From assembly GCA_964016885.1 (NCBI GenBank), contig OZ024756.1, forward strand, positions 1,426,001-1,490,000: 64,000 nt of DNA, in the 5' to 3' direction. A model generated the notes under the pieces. That model worked only from the letters and a program-made list of their open reading frames with translations, was not told the origin of the DNA and did no database searches. Origin of the DNA: Eledone cirrhosa (lineage: Eukaryota). The position numbers and the translations under genes are program-made. Below, one piece after another: positions 50,301-62,300 of the stretch (position 1 is the stretch's first letter; each line of letters opens with the position of its first letter).

Positions 50301-53300
50301 GTGTGCAGTGTCAGTGATCTGGTCCTCTGTCTTGCTGTCTTCAGTTCATCTATGAAGTGTGCAGTGTCAGTGATCTGGTCCTCTGTCTTGCTGTCGTCGG
50401 TACATCTATGAATGTTGCAGTGTCAGTGATTTGGTCCTCTGTCTTGCTGTCTTCAGTTCATCTATGAAGTATGCAGTGTCAGTGATCTCGTCCTCTGTCT
50501 TGCTGTCTTCACTACATCTATGAAGTGTGCAGTGTCAGTGATCTGGTTCTCTGTCTTGCTGTCTTCAGTTCATTTATGAAGTGTGCAGTGTCAGTGATCT
50601 GGTCCTCTGTCTTGCTGTCTTCAGTACATCTATGAAGTGTGCAGTGTCAGGGATCTGGTCCTCTGTCTTTCTGTCTTCAGTACATCTATGAAGTGTGCAG
50701 TGTCAGGGATCTGGTCCTCTGTCTTGCTGTCTTCAGTACATCTATGAAGTGTGCAGTGTCAGTGATCTGGTCCTCTGTCTTGCTGTCTTCAGTACATCTA
50801 TGAAGTGTGCAGTGTCAGGGATCTGGTCCTCTGTCTTGCTGTCTTCAGTACATCTATGAAGTGTGCAGTGTCAGGGATCTGATCCTCTCTCTTGCTGTCT
50901 TCAGTACATCTATGAAGTGTGCAGTGTCAGTGATCTGGTCCTCTGTCTTGCTGTCGTCAGTACATCTATGAAGTGTGCAGTGTCAGTGATCTGGTCCTCT
51001 GTCTTGCTGTCTTCAGTACATCTATGAAGTGTGCAGTGTCAGTAATCTGGTCCTCTGTCTTGCTGTCTTCAATACATCTATGAAGTGTGCAGTGTCAGGG
51101 ATCTGGTCCTCTGTCTTGCTGTCTTCAGTACATCTATGAAGTGTGCAGTGTCAGGGATCTGGTCCTCTGTCTTGCTGTCTTCAGTACATCTATGAAGTGT
51201 GCAGTGTCAGTGATCTGGTCCTCTGTCTTGCTGTCTTCAGTTCATCTATGAAGTGTGCAGTGTCAGTGATCTGGTCCTCTGTCTTGCTGTCGTCGGTACA
51301 TCTATGAATGTTGCAGTGTCAGTGATTTGGTCCTCTGTCTTGCTGTCTTCTGTTCATCTATGAAGTATGCAGTGTCAGTGATCTCGTCCTCTGTCATGCT
51401 GTCTTCACTACATCTATGAAGTGTGCAGTGTCAGTGATCTGGTTCTCTGTCTTGCTGTCTTCAGTTCATTTATGAAGTGTGCAGTGTCAGTGATCTGGTC
51501 CTCTGTCTTGCTGTCTTCAGTACATCTATGAAGTGTGCAGTGTCAGGGATCTGGTCCTCTGTCTTGCTGTCTTCAGTACATCTATGAAGTGTGCAGTGTC
51601 AGTGATCTGGTCCTCTGTCTTGCTGTCTTCAGTACATCTATGAAGTGTGCAGTGTCAGGGATCTGGTCCTCTGTCTTGCTGTCTTCAGTACATCTATGAA
51701 GTGTGCAGTGTCAGGGATCTGATCCTCTGTCTTGCTGTCTTCAGTACATCTATGAAGTGTGCAGTGTCAGTGATCTGGTCCTCTGTCTTGCTGTCTTCAG
51801 TACATCTATGAAGTGTGCAGTGTCAGTGATCTGGTCCTCTGTCTTGCTGTCTTCAGTACATCTATGAAGTGTGCAGTGTCAGTGATCTGGTCCTCTGTCT
51901 TGCTGTCTTCAGTACATCCAAGAAGTGTGCAGTGTCAGTGATCTGGTCCTCTGTCTTGCTGTCTTCAGTACATCTATGAAGTGTGCAGTGTCAGTGATCT
52001 GGTCCTCTGTCTTGCTGTCTTCAGTTCATCTATGAAGTGTGCAGTATCAGTGATCTGGTCCTCTGTCTTGCTGTCTTCAGTTCGTCTATGAGGTGTGCAG
52101 TGTCAGTGATCTTGTCCTCTCCCTTGCTGTCTTCAGTACATCTATGAAGTGTGCAGTGTCAGTGATCTGGTCCTCTGTCTTGCTGTCTTCAGTACATCTA
52201 TGTAGTGTGCAGTGTCAGTGATCTGGTCCTCTGTCTTGCTGTATTCAGTACATCTATGAAATGTGCAGTGTCAGTGATCTGGTCCTCTGTCTTGCTGTAT
52301 TCAGTACATCTATGAAGTGTGCAGTGTCAGTGATCTGGTCCTCTGTCTTGCTGTCTTCAGTTCATCTATGAAGTGTGCAGTGTCAGTGATCTGGTCCTCT
52401 GTCTTGCTGTCTTCGGTACATCTATGAAGTGTGCAGTGTCAGGGATCTGATCCTCTGTCTTGCTGTCTTCAGTACATCTATGAAGTGTGCAGTGTCAGTG
52501 ATCTGGTCCTCTGTCTTGCTGTCTTCAGTACATCTATGAAGTGTGCAGTGTCAGTGATCTGGTCCTCTGTCTTGCTGTCTTCAGTACATCTATGAAGTGT
52601 GCAGTGTCAGTAATCTGGTCCTCTGTCTTGCTGTCTTCAATACATCTATGAAGTGTGCAGTGTCAGGGATCTGGTCCTCTGTCTTGCTGTCTTCAGTACA
52701 TCTATGAAGTGTGCAGTGTCAGGGATCTGGTCCTCTGTCTTGCTGTCTTCAGTACATCTATGAAGTGTGCAGTGTCAGTGATCTGGTCCTCTGTCTTGCT
52801 GTCTTCAGTACATCCAAGAAGTGTGCAGTGTCAGTGATCTGGTCCTCTGTCTTGCTGTTTTCAGTACATCTATGAAGTGTGCAGTGTCAGTGATCTGGTC
52901 CTCTGTCTTGCTGTCGTCGGTACATCTATGAATTTTGCAGTGTCAGTGATTTGGTCCTCTGTCTTGCTGTCTTCAGTTCATCTATGAAGTATGCAGTGTC
53001 AGTGATCTCGTCCTCTGTCTTGCTGTCTTCACTACATCTATGAAGTGTGCAGTGTCAGTGATCTGGTTCTCTGTCTTGCTGTCTTCAGTTCATTTATGAA
53101 GTGTGCAGTGTCAGTGATCTGGTCCTCTGTCTTGCTGTCTTCAGTACATCTATGAAGTGTGCAGTGTCAGGGATCTGGTCCTCTGTCTTGCTGTCTCCAG
53201 TACATCTATGAAGTGTGCAGTGTCAGGGATCTGGTCCTCTGTCTTGCTGTCTTCAGTACATCTATGAAGTGTGCAGTGTCAGTGATCTGGTCCTCTGTCT

Positions 53301-56300
53301 TGCTGTCTTCAGTACATCTATGAAGTGTGCAGTGTCAGTGATCTGGTCCTCTGTCTTGCTGTCTTCAGTACATCTATGAAGTGTGCAGTGTCAGTAATCT
53401 GGTCCTCTGTCTTGCTGTCTTCAGTTCATCTATGAAGTGTGCAGTGTCAGTGATCTGGTCCTCTGTTTTGCTGTCTCCGGTACATCTATGAAGTGTGCAG
53501 TGTCAGTGATTTGGTCCTCTGTCTTGCTGTCTTCACTACATCTATGAAGTGTGCAGTGTCAGTGATCTGGTCCTTTGTCTTGCTGTCTTCAGTACATCTA
53601 TGAAGTGTGCAGTGTCAGTAATCTGGTCCTCTGTCTTGCTGTCTTCAGTACATCTATGAAGTGTGCAGTGTCAGGGATCTGGTCCTCTGTCTTGCTGTCT
53701 TCAGTAAATCTATGAAGTGTGCAGTGTCAGGGATCTGGTCCTCTGTCTTGCTGTCTTCAGTACATCTATGATGTGTGCAGTGTCAGTGATCTGGTCCTCT
53801 GTCTTGCTGTCTACAGTACATCCAAGAAGTGTGCAGTGTCAGTGATCTGGTCCTCTGTCTTGCTGTCTTCAGTACATCTATGAAGTGTGCAGTGTCAGTG
53901 ATCTGGTCCTCTGTCTTGCTGTCTTCAGTTCATCTATGAAGTGTGCAGTGTCAAAGATCTGGTCCTCTGTCTTGCTGTCTTCAGTTCATCTATGAAGTGT
54001 GCAGTGTCAGTGATCTGGTCCTCTGTCTTGCTGTCTTCAGTTCATCTATGAAGTGTGCAGTGTCAGTGATCTGGTCCTCTGTCTTGCTGTCTTCAGTTCA
54101 TCTATGAAGTGTGGAGTGTCAGTGATCTGGTCCTCTGTCTTGCTGTCGTCGGTACATCTATGAATGTTGCAGTGTCAGTGATTTGGTCCTCTGTCTTGCT
54201 GTCTTCAGTTCATCTATGAAGTATGCAGTGTCAGTGATCTCGTCCTCTGTCATGCTGTCTTCACTACATCTATGAAGTGTGCAGTGTCAGTGATCTGGTT
54301 CTCTGTCTTGCTGTCTTCAGTTCATTTATGAAGTGTGCAGTGTCAGTGATCTGGTCCTCTGTCTTGCTGTCTTCAGTACATCTATGAAGTGTGCAGTGTC
54401 AGGGATCTGGTCCTCTGTCTTGCTGTCTTCAGTACATCTATGAAGTGTGCAGTGTCAGGGATCTGGTCCTCTGTCTTGCTGTCTTCAGTACATCTATGAA
54501 GTGTGCAGTGTCAGTGATCTGGTCCTCTGTCTTGCTGTCTTCAGTACATCTATGAAGTGTGCAGTGTCAGGGATCTGGTCCTCTGTCTTGCTGTCTTCAG
54601 TACATCTATGAAGTGTGCAGTGTCAGGGATCTGATCCTCTGTCTTGCTGTCTTCAGTACATCTATGAAGTGTGCAGTGTCAGTGATCTGGTCCTCTGTCT
54701 TGCTGTCTTCAGTACATCTATGAAGTGTGCAGTGTCAGTGATCTGGTCCTCTGTCTTGCTGTCTTCAGTACATCTATGAAGTGTGCAGTGTCAGTAATCT
54801 GGTCCTCTGTCTTGCTGTCTTCAATACATCTATGAAGTGTGCAGTGTCAGGGATCTGGTCCTCTGTCTTGCTGTCTTCAGTACATCTATGAAGTGTGCAG
54901 TGTCAGGGATCTGGTCCTCTGTCTTGCTGTCTTCAGTACATCTATGAAGTGTGCAGTGTCAGTGATCTGGTCCTCTGTCTTGCTGTCTTCAGTACATCCA
55001 AGAAGTGTGCAGGTTCAGTGATCTGGTCCTCTGTCTTGCTGTTTTCAGTACATCTATGAAGTGTGCAGTGTCAGTGATCTGGTCCTCTGTCTTGCTGTCG
55101 TCGGTACATCTATGAATTTTGCAGTGTCAGTGATTTGGTCCTCTGTCTTGCTGTCTTCAGTTCATCTATGAAGTATGCAGTGTCAGTGATCTCGTCCTCT
55201 GTCTTGCTGTCTTCACTACATCTATGAAGTGTGCAGTGTCAGTGATCTGGTTCTCTGTCTTGCTGTCTTCAGTTCATTTATGAAGTGTGCAGTGTCAGTG
55301 ATCTGGTCCTCTGTCTTGCTGTCTTCAGTACATCTATGAAGTGTGCAGTGTCAGTAATCTGGTCCTCTGTCTTGCTGTCTTCAGTTCATCTATGAAGTGT
55401 GCAGTGTCAGTGATTTGGTCCTCTGTCTTGCTGTCTTCACTACATCTATGAAGTGTGCAGTGTCAGTGATCTGGTCCTTTGTCTTGCTGTCTTCAGTTCA
55501 TCTATGAAGTGTGCAGTGTCAGTGATCTGGTCCTCTGTCTTGCTGTCTTCAGTACATCTATGAAGTGTGCAGTGTCAGGGATCTGGTCCTCTGTCTTGCT
55601 GTCTTCAGTACATCTATGAAGTGTGCAGTGTCATGGATCTGGTCCTCTGTCTTGCTGTCTTCAGTACATCTATGAAGTGTGCAGTGTCAGAGATCTGGTC
55701 CTCTGTCTTGCTGTCTTCAGTACATCTATGAAGTGTGCAGTGTCAGTGATCTGGTCCGCTGTCTTGCTGTCTTCAGTACATCTATGAAGTGTGCAGTGTC
55801 AGTAATCTGGTCCTCTGTCTTGCTGTCTTCAGTACATCTATGAAGTGTGCAGTGTCAGGGATCTGGTCCTCTGTCTTGCTGTCTTCAGTACATCTATGAA
55901 GTGTGCAGTGTCAGTGATCTGGTCCTCTGTCTTGCTATCTTCAGTTCATCTATGAAGTGTGCAGTGTCAGTGATCTGGTCCTCTGTCTTGCTGTTTTCAG
56001 TTCATCTATGAAGTGTGCAGTGTCAGTGATCTGGTCCTCTGTCTTGCTGTCTTCGGTACATCTATGAAGTGTGCAGTGTCAGTGATTTGGTCCTCTGTCT
56101 TGCTGTCTTCAGTTCATCTATGAAGTGTGCAGTGTCAGTGATCTAGTCCTCTTTCTTGCTGTCTTCGGTACATATATGAAGTGTGCAGTGTCAGTGATCT
56201 AGTCCTCTGTCTTGCCGTCCTCAGTACATATATGAAGTGTGCAGTGTCAGTGATCCCGTCCTCTGTCTTGCTGTCTTCAGTTCATCTATGAAGTGTGCAG

Positions 56301-59300
56301 TGTCAGTGATCTCGTCCTCTATCTTGCTGTCTTCAGTACATCTATGAAGTGTGCAGTGTCAGTAATCTGGTCCTCTGTCTTGCTGTCTTCAGTATATCTA
56401 TGAAGTGTGCAGTGTCAGTGATCTGTTCCTCTGTCTTGCTGTCTTCAGTACATCTATGAAGTGTGCAGTGTCAGTAATCTGGTCCTCTGTCTTGCTGTCT
56501 TCAGTACATCTATGAAGTGTGCAGTGTCAGGGATCTGGTCCTCTGTCTTGCTGTCTTCAGTACATCTATGAAGTGTGCAGTGGCAGGGATCTGGTCCTCT
56601 GTCTTGCTGTCTTCAGTACATCTATGAAGTGTGCAGTGTCAGTGATCTGGTCCTCTGTCTTGCTGTCTCCGGTACATCTATGAAGTGTGCAGTGTCAGTG
56701 ATTTGGTCCTCTGTCTTGCTGTCTTCACTACATCTATGAAGTGTGCAGTGTCAGTGATCTGGTCCTTTGTCTTGCTGTCTTCAGTACATCTATGAAGTGT
56801 GCAGTGTCAGTAATCTGGTCCTCTGTCTTGCTGTCTTCAGTACATCTATGAAGTGTGCAGTGTCAGGGATCTGGTCCTCTGTCTTGCTGTCTTCAGTACA
56901 TCTATGAAGTGTGCAGTGTCAGTGATCTGGTCCTCTGTCTTGCTGTCTTCAGTACATCTATGAAGTGTGCAGTGTCAGTGATCTGGTCCTCTGTCTTGCT
57001 GTCTACAGTACATCCAAGAAGTGTGCAGTGTCAGTGATCTGGTCCTCTGTCTTGCTGTCTTCAGTACATCTATGAAGTGTGCAGTGTCAGTGATCTGGTC
57101 CTCTGTCTTGCTGTCTTCAGTTCATCTATGAAGTGTGCAGTGTCAAAGATCTGGTCCTCTGTCTTGCTGTCTTCAGTTCATCTATGAAGTGTGCAGTGTC
57201 AGTGATCTGGTCCTCTGTCTTGCTGTCTTCAGTTCATCTATGAAGTGTGCAGTGTCAGTGATCTGGTCCTCTGTCTTGCTGTCTTCAGTTCATCTATGAA
57301 GTGTGCAGTGTCAGTGATCTGGTCCTCTGTCTTGCTGTCGTCGGTACATCTATGAATGTTGCAGTGTCAGTGATTTGGTCCTCTGTCTTGCTGTCTTCAG
57401 TTCATCTATGAAGTATGCAGTGTCAGTGATCTCGTCCTCTGTCTTGCTGTCTTCACTACATCTATGAAGTGTGCAGTGTCAGTGATCTGGTTCTCTGTCT
57501 TGCTGTCTTCAGTTCATTTATGAAGTGTGCAGTGTCAGTGATCTGGTCCTCTGTCTTGCTGTCTTCAGTACATCTATGAAGTGTGCAGTGTCAGGGATCT
57601 GGTCCTCTGTCTTTCTGTCTTCAGTACATCTATGAAGTGTGCAGTGTCAGGGATCTGGTCCTCTGTCTTGCTGTCTTCAGTACATCTATGAAGTGTGCAG
57701 TGTCAGTGATCTGGTCCTCTGTCTTGCTGTCTTCAGTACATCTATGAAGTGTGCAGTGTCAGGGATCTGGTCCTCTGTCTTGCTGTCTTCAGTACATCTA
57801 TGAAGTGTGCAGTGTCAGGGATCTGATCCTCTCTCTTGCTGTCTTCAGTACATCTATGAAGTGTGCAGTGTCAGTGATCTGGTCCTCTGTCTTGCTGTCT
57901 TCAGTACATCTATGAAGTGTGCAGTGTCAGTGATCTGGTCCTCTGTCTTGCTGTCTTCAGTACATCTATGAAGTGTGCAGTGTCAGTAATCTGGTCCTCT
58001 GTCTTGCTGTCTTCAATACATCTATGAAGTGTGCAGTGTCAGGGATCTGGACCTCTGTCTTGCTGTCTTCAGTACATCTATGAAGTGTGCAGTGTCAGGG
58101 ATCTGGTCCTCTGTCTTGCTGTCTTCAGTACATCTATGAAGTGTGCAGTGTCAGTGATCTGGTCCTCTGTCTTGCTGTCTTCAGTTCATCTATGAAGTGT
58201 GCAGTGTCAGTGATCTGGTCCTCTGTCTTGCTGTCGTCGGTACATCTATGAATGTTGCAGTGTCAGTGATTTGGTCCTCTGTCTTGCTGTCTTCTGTTCA
58301 TCTATGAAGTATGCAGTGTCAGTGATCTCGTCCTCTGTCATGCTGTCTTCACTACATCTATGAAGTGTGCAGTGTCAGTGATCTGGTTCTCTGTCTTGCT
58401 GTCTTCAGTTCATTTATGAAGTGTGCAGTGTCAGTGATCTGGTCCTCTGTCTTGCTGTCTTCAGTACATCTATGAAGTGTGCAGTGTCAGGGATCTGGTC
58501 CTCTGTCTTGCTGTCTTCAGTACATCTATGAAGTGTGCAGTGTCAGTGATCTGGTCCTCTGTCTTGCTGTCTTCAGTACATCTATGAAGTGTGCAGTGTC
58601 AGGGATCTGGTCCTCTGTCTTGCTGTCTTCAGTACATCTATGAAGTGTGCAGTGTCAGGGATCTGATCCTCTGTCTTGCTGTCTTCAGTACATCTATGAA
58701 CTGTGCAGTGTCAGTGATCTGGTCCTCTGTCTTGCTGTCTTCAGTACATCTATGAAGTGTGCAGTGTCAGTGATCTGGTCCTCTGTCTTGCTGTCTTCAG
58801 TACATCTATGAAGTGTGCAGTGTCAGTAATCTGGTCCTCTGTCTTGCTGTCTTCAATACATCTATGAAGTGTGCAGTGTCAGGCATCTGGTCCTCTGTCT
58901 TGCTGTCTTCAGTACATCTATGAAGTGTGCAGTGTCAGGGATCTGGTCCTCTGTCTTGCTGTCTTCAGTACATCTATGAAGTGTGCAGTGTCAGTGATCT
59001 GGTCCTCTGTCTTGCTGTCTTCAGTACATCCAAGAAGTGTGCAGTGTCAGTGATCTGGTCCTCTGTCTTGCTGTTTTCAGTACATCTATGAAGTGTGCAG
59101 TGTCAGTGATCTGGTCCTCTGTCTTGCTGTCGTCGGTACATCTATGAATTTTGCAGTGTCAGTGATTTGGTCCTCTGTCTTGCTGTCTTCAGTTCATCTA
59201 TGAAGTATGCAGTGTCAGTGATCTCGTCCTCTGTCTTGCTGTCTTCACTACATCTATGAAGTGTGCATTGTCAGTGATCTGGTTCTCTGTCTTGCTGTCT

Positions 59301-62300
59301 TCAGTTCATTTATGAAGTGTGCAGTGTCAGTGATCTGGTCCTCTGTCTTGCTGTCTTCAGTACATCTATGAAGTGTGCAGTGTCAGTAATCTGGTCCTCT
59401 GTCTTGCTGTCTTCAGTTCATCTATGAAGTGTGCAGTGTCAGTGATTTGGTCCTCTGTCTTGCTGTCTTCACTACATCTATGAAGTGTGCAGTGTCAGTG
59501 ATCTGGTCCTTTGTCTTGCTGTCTTCAGTTCATCTATGAAGTGTGCAGTGTCAGTGATCTGGTCCTCTGTCTTGCTGTCTTCAGTACATCTATGAAGTGT
59601 GCAGTGTCAGGGATCTGGTCCTCTGTCTTGCTGTCTTCAGTACATCTATGAAGTGTGCAGTGTCATGGATCTGGTCCTCTGTCTTGCTGTCTTCAGTACA
59701 TCTATGAAGTGTGCAGTGTCAGTGATCTGGTCCTCTGTCTTGCTGTCTTCAGTACATCTATGAAGTGTGCAGTGTCAGTGATCTGGTCCGCTGTCTTGCT
59801 GTCTTCAGTACATCTATGAAGTGTGCAGTGTCAGTAATCTGGTCCTCTGTCTTGCTGTCTTCAGTACATCTATGAAGTGTGCAGTGTCAGGGATCTGGTC
59901 CTCTGTCTTGCTGTCTTCAGTACATCTATGAAGTGTGCAGTGTCAGTGATCTGGTCCTCTGTCTTGCTGTCTTCAGTTCATCTATGAAGTGTGCAGTGTC
60001 AGTGATCTGGTCCTCTGTCTTGCTGTCTTCAGTTCATCTATGAAGTGTGCAGTGTCAGTGATTTGGTCCTCTGTCTTGCTGACTTCACTACATCTATGAA
60101 GTGTGCAGTGTCAGTGATCTGGTCCTTTGTCTTGCTGTCTTCAGTTCATCTATGAAGTGTGCAGTGTCAGTGATCTGGTCCTCTGTCTTGCTGTCTTCAG
60201 TACATCTATGAAGTGTGCAGTGTCAGGGATCTGGTCCTCTGTCTTGCTGTCTTCAGTACATCTATGAAGTGTGCAGTGTCAGGGATCTGGTCCTCTGTCT
60301 TGCTGTCTTCAGTACATCTATGAAGTGTGCAGTGTCAGGGATCTGGTCCTCTGTCTTGCTGTCTTCAGTACATCTATGAAGTGTGCAGTGTGAGTGATCT
60401 GGTCCTCTGTCTTGCTGTCTTCAGTACATCCAAGAAGTGTGCAGTGTCAGTGATCTGGTCCTCTGTCTTGCTGTCTTCAGTACATCTATGATGTGTGCAG
60501 TGTCAGTGATCTGGTCCTCTGTCTTGCTGTCTTCAGTTCATCTATGAAGTGTGCAGTGTCAGTGATCTGGTCCTCTGTCTTGCTGTCTTCAGTTCGTCTA
60601 TGAAGTGTGCAGTGTCAGTGATCTGGTCCTCTGTCTTGCTGTCTTCAGTTCATCCATGAAGTGTGCAGTGTCAGTGATCTGGTCCTCTGTCTTGCTGTTT
60701 TCAGTTCATCTATGAAGTGTGCAGTGTCAGTGATCTGGTCCTCTGTCTTGCTGTCTTCGGTACATCTATGAAGTGTGCAGTGTCAGTGATTTGGTCCTCT
60801 GTCTTGCTGTCTTCAGTTCATCTATGAAGTGTGCAGTGTCAGTGATCTAGTCCTCTTTCTTGCTGTCTTCAGTTCATCTATGAAGTGTGCAGTGTCAGTG
60901 ATCTAGTCCTCTGTCTTGCCGTCTTCAGTACATATATGAAGTGTGCAGTGTCAGTGATCCCGTCCTCTGTCTTGCTGTCTTCAGTTCATCTATGAAGTGT
61001 GCAGTGTCAGTGATCTCGTCCTCTATCTTGCTGTCTTCAGTTCATCTATGAAGTGTGCAGTGTCAGTGATCTGGTCCTCTGTCTTGCTGTCTTCAGTTCA
61101 TCTATGAAGTGTGCAGTGTCAGTGATCTCGTCCTCTGTCTTGCTGTCTTCAGTACATCTATGAAGTGTGCAGTGTCAGTGATCTGGTCCTCTGTCTTGCT
61201 GTCTTCAGTACATCTATGAAGTGTGCAGTGTCAGGGATCTGGTCCTCTGTCTTGCTGTCTTCAGTACATCTATGAAGTGTGCAGTGTCAGTGATCTGGTC
61301 CTCTGTCTTGCTGTCTTCAGTTCATCTATGAAGTGTGCAGTGTCAAAGATCTGGTCCTCTGTCTTGCTGTCTTCAGTTCATCTATGAAGTGTGCAGTGTC
61401 AGTGATCTGGTCCTCTGTCTTGCTGTCTTCAGTTCATCTATGAAGTGTGCAGTGTCAGTGATCTGGTCCTCTGTCTTGCTGTCTTCAGTTCATCTATGAA
61501 GTGTGCAGTGTCAGTGATCTGGTCCTCTGTCTTGCTGTCGTCGGTACATCTATGAATGTTGCAGTGTCAGTGATTTGGTCCTCTGTCTTGCTGTCTTCAG
61601 TTCATCTATGAAGTATGCAGTGTCAGTGATCTCGTCCTCTGTCTTGCTGTCTTCACTACATCTATGAAGTGTGCAGTGTCAGTGATCTGGTTCTCTGTCT
61701 TGCTGTCTTCAGTTCATTTATGAAGTGTGCAGTGTCAGTGATCTGGTCCTCTGTCTTGCTGTCTTCAGTACATCTATGAAGTGTGCAGTGTCAGGGATCT
61801 GGTCCTCTGTCTTTCTGTCTTCAGTACATCTATGAAGTGTGCAGTGTCAGGGATCTGGTCCTCTGTCTTGCTGTCTTCAGTACATCTATGAAGTGTGCAG
61901 TGTCAGTGATCTGGTCCTCTGTCTTGCTGTCTTCAGTACATCTATGAAGTGTGCAGTGTCAGGGATCTGGTCCTCTGTCTTGCTGTCTTCAGTACATCTA
62001 TGAAGTGTGCAGTGTCAGGGATCTGATCCTCTCTCTTGCTGTCTTCAGTACATCTATGAAGTGTGCAGTGTCAGTGATCTGGTCCTCTGTCTTGCTGTCT
62101 TCAGTACATCTATGAAGTGTGCAGTGTCAGTGATCTGGTCCTCTGTCTTGCTGTCTTCAGTACATCTATGAAGTGTGCAGTGTCAGTAATCTGGTCCTCT
62201 GTCTTGCTGTCTTCAATACATCTATGAAGTGTGCAGTGTCAGGGATCTGGTCCTCTGTCTTGCTGTCTTCAGTACATCTATGAAGTGTGCAGTGTCAGGG